Shown: positions 27,107 to 36,467 of the stretch, in pieces | Numbering within the stretch: position 1 is the first letter of the stretch | How the letters are laid out: each line of letters opens with the position of its first letter | IMG/VR virus record: IMGVR_UViG_3300012211_000003 | Location: 5,894-69,893 of that record | Length of the DNA: 64,000 nucleotides | Source of the DNA: a virus | Strand: one strand, 5' to 3' | Made by a program: the position numbers and the translations under genes | The notes under the pieces: model-generated | Databases searched by the model: none | What the model was told of the DNA's origin: nothing | The model's input: only the letters and a program-made list of their open reading frames with translations

Positions 27107-27456
27107 ACGAATTATCAGCAGAATTGACAATCAAGAAACATTCCTCGCTGGAAAAGATGCAGTTCGCGAAGGATCACAACGCGGAGATCATCTGGACCGA
27201 CGAGGACGACGAGGGCGGGCTTAATGTGGTGGCGGTGCAGCCGATGTCTGCCGGCCTCGAAAAGTATCAGGTACTCAGCCGCGCAATTGCGGAAACCACC
27301 TGCTATCACGTCTCGGCCGAGGAGTACGCGATCATCAAGACCTTTCCTGGCACACAGGAGACCCAGTACCAGAGCGGCAACAAGATGCTGCGCTTTATGC
27401 TGAGCGGTGGGGCGTTCAGGGTCTGGTGTTTAGCAGAGGACGAAGTAGTTTATTAG
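27103..27456 (+). CDS. Hypothetical protein
   Basis: ATGA overlap; AAGGA SD. Confidence 0.6.
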   Translation: MNELSAELTIKKHSSLEKMQFAKDHNAEIIWTDEDDEGGLNVVAVQPMSAGLEKYQVLSRAIAETTCYHVSAEEYAIIKTFPGTQETQYQSGNKMLRFMLSGGAFRVWCLAEDEVVY

Positions 27457-27548
27457 GGTTTAGCGGCGGTCCAGCATCGGGAAAGCGGTGCCAATCCGAT
27501 AGCCCTGTCAGACGTTGGAGCAAGCCGCCGCTGATTATTGGAGGGAAA

Positions 27549-27752
27549 ATGCAGATACAGACGACAAGTTACGCATGTGATCTTTCAGGATGCCCGAACG
27601 TGACGGACAGTAAGGGGCTCGGTGCTTATGTGCAGTTGTGCCAGTTTTCGTTCGGTTATCACAATCGCGGTAACGAATTGAAGCGCGGCGAGGAAAAGCA
27701 TTTTTGCTGCAAAGATCATTTTATGCAGTGGGTGGATACTCAGGTCGGATAA
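27549..27752 (+). CDS. Small Cys-rich hypothetical protein
   Basis: GGAGG SD; CDxxxC...HFCC. Confidence 0.6.
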   Translation: MQIQTTSYACDLSGCPNVTDSKGLGAYVQLCQFSFGYHNRGNELKRGEEKHFCCKDHFMQWVDTQVG

Positions 27753-27761
27753 GGAGCGGCG

Positions 27762-27941
27762 ATGGATTATGTACTTGCAGCGGAGTTTAGCCCAAACGAG
27801 TTAGCTAAAACCGTGGAGCGTTATTTCGAGGCGAACTTCAAGTTATATGGCAATCCGTTCGCTGTGGTTGAAACATCTCTACATCCGCTTCAGGAGGATA
27901 GAATGGTGTTTTGCCAAGCCTTAATAAGAGAGAGAAAGTAA
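27762..27941 (+). CDS. DUF1737-like small protein (59 aa, not in the ORF track)
   Basis: AAGGAG SD; MDYVL...LAKTVERYFEANFKLYGNPF...FCQALIR. Confidence 0.65.
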   Translation: MDYVLAAEFSPNELAKTVERYFEANFKLYGNPFAVVETSLHPLQEDRMVFCQALIRERK

Positions 27942-27949
27942 GGAGCAAC

Positions 27950-29317
27950 ATGAAAGAACAAAAAGAACTACGAGTAACCCGGCTGTCGATTAAGAATATC
28001 TTGGGCATCCAGAGTCTCGAAATCAAGCCGGGCAAAGGAATCACGGTCATTGAAGGTGAGAACGCCAGCGGTAAAACCTCAGTGATCGAGGCGTTGAAGT
28101 CGATCTTCAAGGGAGGCAACGATGCTTCCCTCCTTCGAAGAGGAGCTGAACAGGGCGAGATCGTTTTGGAACTCGACAACGGTGTGCTGATCGAGCGGAC
28201 AGTCAGGGAAACCGGCTCAGCGACGATGGTAACCGATCCGATGTACGGTCAGATTCGGAAACCAAAGGCGTTTTTGGAACAGCTAATCGATCAACTGGGA
28301 ATGAACCCCGTCGATTTCCTGACTGCTCCGGCGAAGATGCGCGTCCAACTGCTACTGGAGGCGATGCCGATCAAGCTGGACAACGACCTGATCGAGCCGA
28401 TCATTGGGCACACGGTCGATGAACTGGACACGAACGCCCTGGAATTGATCGACCGGGAGCACAAGCGATTCTACGACGACCGGACGGGTGTCAACCGGGT
28501 CGCAAAAGAGAAGCGTGCGACGATCCTGCAGATGAAGCAGACGCTGCCGGAGGACGCAGAGGATACCGACTGGGCTCGTATCGTTGTGGCCACCGAAGGC
28601 AGTCTTGCCCTTGTTAATCAAAGCACTCAAATGAAGATTGACGCAATTATCACCGATATGGAAGGCGAGAAAGATGCCTCAAAAGCCAATGGCACGCATT
28701 CAATACAGGAGATCGACCGAGAATTAGAGTTGGAAATATCCAAATTGCGCCAAGAGGCAGAGACGAAAAAGGAAGCCATTCGCGAAAACGTCATCGCCGG
28801 ACTTGGGATTATCACCAAGGGAGCGCAGGAAAATGTCGACAAACTGAGAGGTGAGGCAGAGCCAGAACGCCGTAAGCTGACTGATAAGCTGGCCGTCGCC
28901 CGTGAGAACCTGACCAATCAGTCGAAGATCAACCAGACCAAAGAGTACATCAAGACTCTCGGTGAAGAAGCAACGAAGGCCGAAGCGCAGTCAGACAAAG
29001 ACACCAAAGCAATCGAGGCGCTGGCTGACCTGAAAACCAAACTCCTGAACGACCTGCCGATTAAAGGCGTCGAGGTCAAGGACGGTGAGTTGTTCGTCGA
29101 CAGTATACCCTTTGATCGAGTCAACGAGGCGCGCAAGGTCGAGATTGCGATTCAGATTGCGGGGCTCAGAAGCGGCAAGTTGCCGCTGGTCATTGTCGAC
29201 GGTCTGGAAAGACTCGATAGCAAGACATTCGAGGCATTCAAGAAACAGGCGGCGAAGTCAAAGGTCCAGATGATCGTAACGCGGGTGTCAGATTCGGCGC
29301 TCGCAGTGGAGGCGTAA
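27950..29317 (+). CDS. SMC/SbcC-like ABC ATPase with coiled coil
   Basis: Walker A GENASGKTS; Walker B VIVDGLERLD; AAGGAG SD. Confidence 0.85.
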   Translation: MKEQKELRVTRLSIKNILGIQSLEIKPGKGITVIEGENASGKTSVIEALKSIFKGGNDASLLRRGAEQGEIVLELDNGVLIERTVRETGSATMVTDPMYGQIRKPKAFLEQLIDQLGMNPVDFLTAPAKMRVQLLLEAMPIKLDNDLIEPIIGHTVDELDTNALELIDREHKRFYDDRTGVNRVAKEKRATILQMKQTLPEDAEDTDWARIVVATEGSLALVNQSTQMKIDAIITDMEGEKDASKANGTHSIQEIDRELELEISKLRQEAETKKEAIRENVIAGLGIITKGAQENVDKLRGEAEPERRKLTDKLAVARENLTNQSKINQTKEYIKTLGEEATKAEAQSDKDTKAIEALADLKTKLLNDLPIKGVEVKDGELFVDSIPFDRVNEARKVEIAIQIAGLRSGKLPLVIVDGLERLDSKTFEAFKKQAAKSKVQMIVTRVSDSALAVEA

Positions 29318-29518
29318 ATGAAGTGCGGAACTCGACGGTTTGGAAAAGTTGTCAAGATGGAAGACTGGGTAGCGAAACATATCCCGCATGGCGAACCGAA
29401 GAAAGTCTATCCAGATGCCCAGCCACCGAGTTACCGACTCTACAATCTGGTGTGTCCGTGCGGGGCAAAACTTTTATGCGACGAACCAAAGGAGCAATCA
29501 AATGTCAAGCGTACTTGA
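29318..29518 (+). CDS. Small hypothetical protein
   Basis: GGAGG SD; abuts the upstream stop. Confidence 0.5.
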   Translation: MKCGTRRFGKVVKMEDWVAKHIPHGEPKKVYPDAQPPSYRLYNLVCPCGAKLLCDEPKEQSNVKRT

Positions 29519-30362
29519 AGAGATCGACGGAGCGGTGACGACACCACAGGCTAAGCCACAGCTACACATTAGCGCAATCAACATGCTTTCATTCTGTGGG
29601 GAACAATTCAGACGGCGGTATATCCTCAAGGAAAAGCGACCACCGGGAGTTGCTATGATTGTCGGAACTGCTACTGACAGATCAGTCACGGCGAATCTAC
29701 AGAGTAAGATCACCGACAAGAAACTACTGGCGATTGATCAGGTGAAGCAGATCGCATCAGATAGCCTCAAAACCGAGTGGCAAACCGGAATCGAACTTGA
29801 CCAGGAAGAAGCAATGCTCGGGGCCGAGAAGGTCAAAGGTAATGCGATTGATAAGGCAGTGAGGCTGTCGGTTCTGCACGCCAGTAATCTTGCGCCGGTG
29901 CTCGACCCGACACATGTTCAGCGTCCCTGGGTCGTCGAACTGAACGGCTATCCGCTGGACCTGGCGGGAACAATCGACGTACAGGAAGGATCGATTGCGA
30001 TCCGTGACACGAAGACCAAAGCAAAAAGCCCCAGTGAGGGCGCAGCGGATCAGGATACGCAATTGACGGCCTATGCTCTTGCGGCAAAGGTAATCGACGG
30101 CCGCGCACCGGAGAAAGTGACCCTCGATTGTCTCGTGGACAACAAGGTTCCGGTTGTCAAAGTATTCAGTTCGACCAGAAACGAGGCGGATTTTGATGCT
30201 TTTCTTGCTCGTGTCGAAAACGCGGTGTTAGCCCTACAGGCCGGGGTATTTGTTCCGGCGAAACAGACAGATCCATTATGCAGCCCTAAATATTGTGGAT
30301 TCTTTTCCACGTGCAAATTCGTTATGCAGCCCAAACAGTTTCAGATCGGAGGATCCAAGTGA
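29502..30362 (+). CDS. PD-(D/E)XK exonuclease (RecB/Cas4-like)
   Basis: GTID...IRDTKT, QLTAY, terminal CxxxxCxxxxxC plus an N-terminal Cys. Confidence 0.85.
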   Translation: MSSVLEEIDGAVTTPQAKPQLHISAINMLSFCGEQFRRRYILKEKRPPGVAMIVGTATDRSVTANLQSKITDKKLLAIDQVKQIASDSLKTEWQTGIELDQEEAMLGAEKVKGNAIDKAVRLSVLHASNLAPVLDPTHVQRPWVVELNGYPLDLAGTIDVQEGSIAIRDTKTKAKSPSEGAADQDTQLTAYALAAKVIDGRAPEKVTLDCLVDNKVPVVKVFSSTRNEADFDAFLARVENAVLALQAGVFVPAKQTDPLCSPKYCGFFSTCKFVMQPKQFQIGGSK

Positions 30363-31480
30363 GTAAACAAATCGGAACCGAAGAGACAGCGCTTGCGACC
30401 AGAAACGAGTTTTCAAGCGAACTCGCACCGACAAGCGCCCAGGCTGAGAAGCAATTCGAGATTCAATCAGCAATCATAATCGCCAACAAGTTCCGGCGCG
30501 ATGAGGACGCGGCCTTCCTGGCGCTGATGAAAGCGTGTAAACGGTTGTCGTTCGCCGAACAGTCCAGTTACAGTTTCCCGCGCGGCGGACAGCAGGTGAC
30601 CGGCCCCAGCGTTCATATGGCAAGAGGCGCGGCCCGTGTGTGGAAAAACCTTCAGTACGGATTGCGAATCACCCGCGACGATGACGACAGCCGACAGATT
30701 CAGGCGTTTGCGTGGGATCTGGAAACAAACGTCAAGGTTACAGCGGAGGATGACTTTAAGAAACTCGTACAGCGCAAGAATAAACAGACCGGGCAGACGG
30801 CTTGGGTGTCCGTTGATGAACGGGATTTGCGCGAACTGACCAATAGGCGTGGCGCCATCCTCGTTCGCAACTGTATTCTTCAGATTCTCCCAAAAGACTT
30901 GATCGAAGATGCCCGCGAAGAATGCCTGAAGACCGTTCGCAAAGGTGTCACTGATGACCCAGAGAGCGCACGGAAACGATTGATTGCAGCGTTTGGTGAG
31001 ATATACGTTGACCCAGATATGCTTGAGGTGTTTCTTGGTCACCCGGTCAATCAATGCAGTCCGGCAGAGATTCAGAAACTGCGCGGAGTCTATCAGTCAA
31101 TCAGGGACGGGCAATCGACCTGGCAGGAATACGCAAATCCAGCGCCGAAGAACGGACCCGACAAGGGAACGATCAACGTCTCGGACCTGAAGCCCGGCAC
31201 AGAAGAGAACCGCGGTCACGGTCAGGACAATCTCGACCAGGCGGCGAAACCAGCAGAGCCAGCAACGGAGCGCGTTTCCGCCTGTTCCGATGAACTCTAC
31301 TCGCAACTGGTCGATACGATTCAGAACGCGAAAGAGGTCGGCGTCGCCAAAAAGAAGATCGACGACACGATCAAGAACTACACTGGTCCGACGCGCACAA
31401 GGGAACAGTTGAAAGACGAAGAGGTCCAGGCGCTGATCAAGTCGATTGCGGACGCGGCGGAGAAGATCGGGAAACCATAG
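30359..31480 (+). CDS. Putative single-strand annealing / recombination protein
   Basis: GGAGG then GTG; YSFPRGG...GPSV...AWDLETN motif common in phage recombination modules; adjacent to the exonuclease. Confidence 0.55.
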   Translation: MSKQIGTEETALATRNEFSSELAPTSAQAEKQFEIQSAIIIANKFRRDEDAAFLALMKACKRLSFAEQSSYSFPRGGQQVTGPSVHMARGAARVWKNLQYGLRITRDDDDSRQIQAFAWDLETNVKVTAEDDFKKLVQRKNKQTGQTAWVSVDERDLRELTNRRGAILVRNCILQILPKDLIEDAREECLKTVRKGVTDDPESARKRLIAAFGEIYVDPDMLEVFLGHPVNQCSPAEIQKLRGVYQSIRDGQSTWQEYANPAPKNGPDKGTINVSDLKPGTEENRGHGQDNLDQAAKPAEPATERVSACSDELYSQLVDTIQNAKEVGVAKKKIDDTIKNYTGPTRTREQLKDEEVQALIKSIADAAEKIGKP

Positions 31481-32070
31481 AGAAATAGCAGTCTCGCCCG
31501 GTCCTCAAGCGCCAGTACCAAAAACTGAGGAGTGACGCGAACGGGGCCGGGCCGAGGGAGGGGATTGAGTCTAGCCAGCTACAACGTCGAAAGACGGTTT
31601 TGACTTGGACGGATGAAACATAGAGTAGCTTAAGCCGTCCCGCGAGCCGTTCGTGGATTTGCTGTGGTCGGGTGCTAAAAACGGTGCGACCTGACAGGCT
31701 GGAAAGACAGCCAAACGTCGAGACGGCGCGCAATTGCACCGCATCGCAAGCGCCATATAAATAGGTTTAATGCGGTTGGCTTTGGCGGAGCTCGACAGTA
31801 AACCGGCACAGATTGACATTGCCGCGTCCGATACCTGACGACTTGGTAGATACAACGACCAAGGATAAGGGCGCGGTGAAAGCTATGAGCCACGAAACAT
31901 CTAGCCTCGGTGTCCGATACGATAAAGTGAGGCTAAACGGAAGCGCCTGTAAAAACGGGCTAGAAAACTCGGGGTGGCTCGCCAGCTTGGAATCTCCTAG
32001 AAAGCGAGGTGAAACTTCAAACACGCAGATGATTTGAAACTGAGGGGCCGCTGCTCGCGGGCGGCCACAT
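31481..32070 (+). ncRNA. ~590-nt hairpin-dense non-coding region, candidate large structured RNA or RNA cluster
   Basis: No SD-supported ORF; more than 10 nested inverted repeats. Confidence 0.45.
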
Positions 32071-32078
32071 AAGGAGAG

Positions 32079-32519
32079 ATGATGGCAACGAAATACGCAG
32101 GCCGCGACTGGCTGAATCAGGTACTGAGCCAGAACGGTAATAGTAAAATATGGAAAGGTCCGCTGTCCGAATTGGGGGCCGAAGTCGGGGATCTGTTGGG
32201 CGAATTATTCTACGGCATTTATCACGTTGACAATGGCGCACTATCGAAAGTGGATTGGTCGAGCAGCTACTTTATTGAACTGGCAATTGACCAGACGATG
32301 GCGACGTTCGACTTTAATCATCTGACACGGTTCGTTTTTCTTTGTCACGATCATTGTATTCGCGGACAGATTTCGCCGCGATCAAACCGTACAATGACGC
32401 TGATGTTTCATAAGCGGGAACGCTCGGGCGAGATGAATCACAGACACCCGACACTTGAAATGGCGCTATTTGATTACCGAAAACAGCATCCATTGGAGGC
32501 TGCCAATGCCGCGAGCTAA
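32079..32519 (+). CDS. Hypothetical phage protein
   Basis: TAAGGAG SD; ATFDFNHLTRFVFLCHDHCIR. Confidence 0.7.
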   Translation: MMATKYAGRDWLNQVLSQNGNSKIWKGPLSELGAEVGDLLGELFYGIYHVDNGALSKVDWSSSYFIELAIDQTMATFDFNHLTRFVFLCHDHCIRGQISPRSNRTMTLMFHKRERSGEMNHRHPTLEMALFDYRKQHPLEAANAAS

Positions 32520-32688
32520 ACCCGCGAAGCCCGCACCCGAGCCTGACGAGATGGTTAGGCAGCGTGTAATCGCAATATATGCGGCACTTCGGAAGTGTAA
32601 AAGATGCGGCGAATTTGGCGGACATAGGTGCCGAATGAGTGGCGTAGTTGCGACGCAGCAGGTTTATCATAGAGGGGTGACGCGATGA
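32506..32688 (+). CDS. Small Zn-knuckle-like protein
   Basis: GGAGG SD; CKRCGEFGGHRC. Confidence 0.5.
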   Translation: MPRAKPAKPAPEPDEMVRQRVIAIYAALRKCKRCGEFGGHRCRMSGVVATQQVYHRGVTR

Positions 32689-32770
32689 TCCTGCTAACCC
32701 TATCCTTGATCGCGTGGGCGGTAATCGCGCGGTGGGGCGTGAATAAGTGGACGGTGGAAAAGAGGAAACG

Positions 32771-33259
32771 ATGAAGCACTTAATGGCGCTGACGACCTAT
32801 CAGCCGTGGGTCCATGCGATATTCCATTGCGGTAAAGACGTGGAAAACCGCGACTGGCCAACGAAGTTTCGTGGAACGCTGGCGATTCACGCGGCAAAGA
32901 AAGAACCGAGAGACGAATACGTTTTCGTCCAGCAGAGAATAGCAGACGACATCAAGGGATATGGTAAGAGTCCATTCGGCGAGCTACCCTCCAGTGAATC
33001 ATTGCCACGTGGTGCAATCGTCGGACTTGTCGAGGTCGTTGACTGTGTGACGCATTGGAACGGCGACAATCCGCCAAGTGGCTCAACGCTGGATCCCAAG
33101 TGTAGTTCGTACTGGTTCGTCGGTGACTATGGCTTTGTACTGCGCAGTCCGCGATTGCTACCGACGCCAATCCCATGCCGTGGCTATCAGGGATTCTGGA
33201 AAGTGTCGGATGATATTCGAGCACAGATTGATGAGGTGGCTACATGCTCACAATCATAA
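32771..33259 (+). CDS. ASCH domain protein
   Basis: ALTTYQPW...GKDVENRDW...RGTLAIHAAK, GAIVG, PCRGYQGFW. Confidence 0.9.
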   Translation: MKHLMALTTYQPWVHAIFHCGKDVENRDWPTKFRGTLAIHAAKKEPRDEYVFVQQRIADDIKGYGKSPFGELPSSESLPRGAIVGLVEVVDCVTHWNGDNPPSGSTLDPKCSSYWFVGDYGFVLRSPRLLPTPIPCRGYQGFWKVSDDIRAQIDEVATCSQS

Positions 33260-33444
33260 TCGGCGTGGTCGCGGTCTTCGCGATCTATGCAATCAGGAAA
33301 ATCATATTCCGACCACGCGACCTGTGGGTCAGAGGAAGTCACAGGGAAAGCCTGCCGATGATCCTGGGGCACATTGACAATAGCAGCGTTGACACGGCCG
33401 GCGAGCGGGAAATCCGCGCGTGGTTATATCCGGAGGAAAGATGA
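33244..33444 (+). CDS. Small membrane protein
   Basis: GAGGT SD; N-terminal TM helix. Confidence 0.5.
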   Translation: MLTIIIGVVAVFAIYAIRKIIFRPRDLWVRGSHRESLPMILGHIDNSSVDTAGEREIRAWLYPEER

Positions 33445-33788
33445 GCCAAACCCTGACCCTGCCCTATCCACCAACGGCGAACAACTTCAAGATGATCATT
33501 CGCAACCGGATGATATTGACATCGGAAGCTCGGGCATACAAAGCAACGGTGACCCACTTGGCGCGAAAGTCGGGACACCCAATGCTGGTCGGCCCAGTTG
33601 CGGTTACGCTGAACGTCTATCGTCCGCGCAGGACTGGGGATCTCGATAACTGTTTAAAGGTCTTACTTGATTCTCTCACTGGCGTTATATGGGCCGACGA
33701 CTCGCAAATTACCGAGATTCATGCTTATAGACATGAGGACAAGAATAATCCCAGAGTCGAGATAACGAGTAGTATTGCAGCGGTTTAA
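33441..33788 (+). CDS. rusA: RusA-family Holliday junction resolvase
   Basis: LPYPPTAN; GDLDNCLKVLLDSL...DDSQI. Confidence 0.92.
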   Translation: MSQTLTLPYPPTANNFKMIIRNRMILTSEARAYKATVTHLARKSGHPMLVGPVAVTLNVYRPRRTGDLDNCLKVLLDSLTGVIWADDSQITEIHAYRHEDKNNPRVEITSSIAAV

Positions 33789-33865
33789 CGTGGTAGAATA
33801 GGTCCGAAGTGGATTGACGTATCAGCATCAACCCACTTCTAACAATCAACCTGAATGGAGGCTGA

Positions 33866-34390
33866 ATGCCGAACAAAGACTACTTCATTGTTGACCACCT
33901 TTCAACCGCAGAACTGTCGCGAATCTTCGGGAAAATCGAAATTAACGCAGAAACTCAGTGCTGGCTGTGGATGGGGAATAAGCCGAGTGGATACGGACAC
34001 GTTAAACTTCGCGGAGAGACCGTCAAGGTCCATCGACTTATGTACGCTTGGCTGGTAGGTCCATTGCCGCGAGGATTGAAGATACGACAGGTCGATCATC
34101 TTTGTAAGATCAAGCATTGTTGCAATCCGGTCCATCTGGAAAAGGTAACGCCGAGAATTAATACGCTTCGAAGCAATGCGATTCAAGCGGTCAACTTCAG
34201 AAAGACTGAATGCGGACGTGGACATTCTCTATCCGGTGGCAGCCTCAGGATCGACCCGCGCGGGTACCGGCAGTGTAGAACCTGTGACAAGATTCGAAGA
34301 GGCCAACAATATGGTGACGCGCAACGAATTTATGCCCGTGAATGGTGGAGACGAAAGACCGGATACTATGAGAAGCGGGCAGCATCTTGA
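33866..34390 (+). mobile_element. Free-standing HNH homing endonuclease inserted at the rusA 3' end
   Basis: CWLW.G...GYG...VHR...DHLC....CCNPVHL plus a Zn finger; own -10 (TAGAAT 33794-33799) and SD; flanked by duplicated rusA C-terminal codons. Confidence 0.85.
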
Positions 34391-34442
34391 GGATAAAGTA
34401 AACCCGCGCGTGGAGATCACCAGCGGGATTGCACAGATATAA
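34389..34442 (+). pseudogene. Orphaned second copy of the rusA 3' end (EDKVNPRVEITSGIAQI*)
   Basis: 13 of 15 aa identical to the segment encoded from 33735. Confidence 0.85.
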
Positions 34443-34452
34443 GGAGCAACCG

Positions 34453-34608
34453 ATGATCAACCTCGAACACAAACTGAAGCGCATCGAAGAATATCGAGTG
34501 AAGAAGCGTCTACGGAGTAGAGAGCGGTATCGCAAGGCGTGCGACGAGAAACGAGCGGCAAAGATCGACGGGGGTAAGATTCCAGTTGACGGCGATCTGA
34601 AATCGTGA
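34453..34608 (+). CDS. Small basic protein (51 aa, not in the ORF track)
   Basis: TAAGGAG SD; MINLEHKLKRIEEYR... Confidence 0.55.
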   Translation: MINLEHKLKRIEEYRVKKRLRSRERYRKACDEKRAAKIDGGKIPVDGDLKS

Positions 34609-34618
34609 GAATATCAGG

Positions 34619-34790
34619 TTGCCAGAAGATTGACTGTATTTTATGATGATTTCCAGCAACCTCAATTCAAGTTTCGGTGTAAGTACGCTGGGCTACCGTG
34701 CCCAAAACGCGTCATGGAATATCTTTCTTCTGGCAAGTCGGAAGACTCCTAAACGTAGCTCAGCGTAGTTACCCCGGTACTCCTTCGACT
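34619..34790 (+). promoter_or_regulatory. Structured leader of the replication initiator gene
   Basis: Crossing helices 34619-34629/34726-34736 and 34684-34696/34755-34767. Confidence 0.55.
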
Positions 34791-34875
34791 GTTTTAATTC
34801 ATACATCGTAAACCGCACAGCAGGCGCTAGCTGCGTACTGGCTCGGTATGGTGTGAGAATGTGAGGAATCCCTAG

Positions 34876-35763
34876 TTGTCAGCAAAGCTGATGGGTCAGA
34901 TATGGGGCCTTGTCTTAACAGAGCCCGAACGTTCGGTGATGATGGCGCTCGCCGATCACGCCGACGACGATGGCTCGAACTGCTACCCCGGAATGGAATA
35001 TCTCGAATGGAAAGTCGACAAAAGCGAGCGTCAGCTACGACGTGTTATTACTCGGCTTGTCGATCTGGGCGTCGTTGAAATCGTTGAACGCGGGCTTGGT
35101 CGAGGCAATGTTTCCGGCTTCAAAATTCACGTTATGAACGGTCAACTAAAGCCAAATCCACATCAGAGAAAAGCGGTAATCCAGAGCATAAAAGCGGACA
35201 TTCAGGGCAGAAAAGAGGACATCGAGGGAAATAAAAGCGGACATTCAGGGTTTGAAAAGGGGACATCCACGGTAGCAAAAGAGGTAATCCAGGGTCAAAA
35301 TTCAGGCGCTATAAGGAAGAACCATGTAGGAACCAATATAGAACCAGATAAGGAACCAGAGAGAGACGCGCACACAAAAAAGAAACCGCCGAGAGTTTTG
35401 ATCGACGATGAAGAGTGGATGGCCACGATGGAGGCGAATCCGCTGTACGAAGGAATCGATATTCGACGACTTCAGGCGAAAATGGTCGTATGGTGTCAGG
35501 TGAACCACAAGCAGCCGAGCCGACGCAGATTGGTAAACTGGCTCAATCGCGAAGAAAAGCCGATGACAAACGGAAACGGAGTTAAATCGAATGGTAACGG
35601 ATATAAAACACAACCAGAGCGACAAAGAGAGTCGTTCGAAAAGCTTGGATTTACGTTTACAAACGATGGCGAGGATTATCACCAAGAGCATCCTGGCCTT
35701 GAACCCCTCCGCATTGCTGCCAGAAGCGACGATATTGAAATTGACGGCAGAAAGCTGGAATGA
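34876..35763 (+). CDS. Replication initiator (N-terminal winged HTH, lambda O / DnaD-like organisation)
   Basis: MALADHADDDGSNCYPG...SERQLRRVITRLVDLG; internal iterons; C-terminal LVNWLNR. Confidence 0.8.
   Translation: MSAKLMGQIWGLVLTEPERSVMMALADHADDDGSNCYPGMEYLEWKVDKSERQLRRVITRLVDLGVVEIVERGLGRGNVSGFKIHVMNGQLKPNPHQRKAVIQSIKADIQGRKEDIEGNKSGHSGFEKGTSTVAKEVIQGQNSGAIRKNHVGTNIEPDKEPERDAHTKKKPPRVLIDDEEWMATMEANPLYEGIDIRRLQAKMVVWCQVNHKQPSRRRLVNWLNREEKPMTNGNGVKSNGNGYKTQPERQRESFEKLGFTFTNDGEDYHQEHPGLEPLRIAARSDDIEIDGRKLE
35169..35294 (+). repeat. Six iterons (AAAAG.GG..AT...G.G, 18 bp, 21-22 bp period): probable origin of replication
   Basis: Copies start at 35169, 35190, 35211, 35233, 35255 and 35277; two are identical (AAAAGCGGACATTCAGGG). 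Confidence 0.85.
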
Positions 35764-36466
35764 AATCCTATCGGATATTCCTGTCGAAAGCTTGAACGAT
35801 GCCTACGTAGCGGCTGTTAAAACTCGTGAGTCGAAGGCTGCGACATTCCCGATCAACGCAGCGGAAATTGCGATCGCCTGGGCTAGGTCTTCGAAATCCG
35901 ATCAGTCCGGCCCTGCTCTCGCTTGGTCGTTAGTCGTCGCGGCAATGCGAGTTGTTCGGGCTCCAGAACAACCGAAGTTCGATGACCCGCTGATAAATGC
36001 ACTCATCAAGCGGTTCGGCTGGTTCTGGATGACTCACAACGAGAAGCAAGAAGACGTGAGGTTTGCCTTTATCGAAGCCTATAAACAGCTTCAGGCATCG
36101 CCGAAACCGGAGAGCGATGGTCTACGCAAGGAGCTTCCCGCTTTCGACCAATCTGCGCTGCCGAATCCTGAGATCGAAAAACAGATCGAGAGCGCTGCAT
36201 CCGGAATGGTGTTCGATTCGCGCCGGGATAATATTCTTGAGGGTGTCGCGAAGATGCGAGCGGCTCTTGGGCGTCCAGAGGTGAAAGTCGAGGAGCAAAA
36301 ACCTGATACAACTTGCGGGAACTGCCATCTTGTTCGGTTTAAAAGCACTTATCCGCTCACTTATTTTTGCAATCATGAGTCTGTGAAGATCGAAGGCGAA
36401 AAGAAATTAATCGGACACGATGCCACGATTCAGCCAGGCTGGTGCCCGCTGAAGAAAGCGAGTTAA
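35591..36466 (+). CDS. Putative helicase loader / replication accessory protein
   Basis: Overlaps the initiator; WNEILSDIP...AV...FP..AEI and AW..V..A motifs; start uncertain (35591 or 35666). Confidence 0.5.
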   Translation: MVTDIKHNQSDKESRSKSLDLRLQTMARIITKSILALNPSALLPEATILKLTAESWNEILSDIPVESLNDAYVAAVKTRESKAATFPINAAEIAIAWARSSKSDQSGPALAWSLVVAAMRVVRAPEQPKFDDPLINALIKRFGWFWMTHNEKQEDVRFAFIEAYKQLQASPKPESDGLRKELPAFDQSALPNPEIEKQIESAASGMVFDSRRDNILEGVAKMRAALGRPEVKVEEQKPDTTCGNCHLVRFKSTYPLTYFCNHESVKIEGEKKLIGHDATIQPGWCPLKKAS

Positions 36467-36467
36467 G

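Noticed and set aside
29502-30362. CRISPR-associated Cas4
   Set aside because: No cas genes or array are present. The context (SMC-like ATPase, putative SSAP) fits a phage recombination exonuclease.
31481-32070. Possible tRNA genes or a c-di-GMP-I riboswitch
   Set aside because: I could not build a cloverleaf with a proper T-loop and acceptor stem. The GAAA hairpin lacks the rest of the c-di-GMP-I consensus.
33789-34388. Group I intron interrupting rusA
   Set aside because: rusA is already complete with its own stop, and fewer than 80 non-coding nt flank the HNH ORF, too little for a ribozyme core.
35169-35294. Possible mini-CRISPR array
   Set aside because: The period is only 21-22 bp with 3-4 nt gaps, inside an initiator gene. 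These are iterons, not repeat-spacer units.
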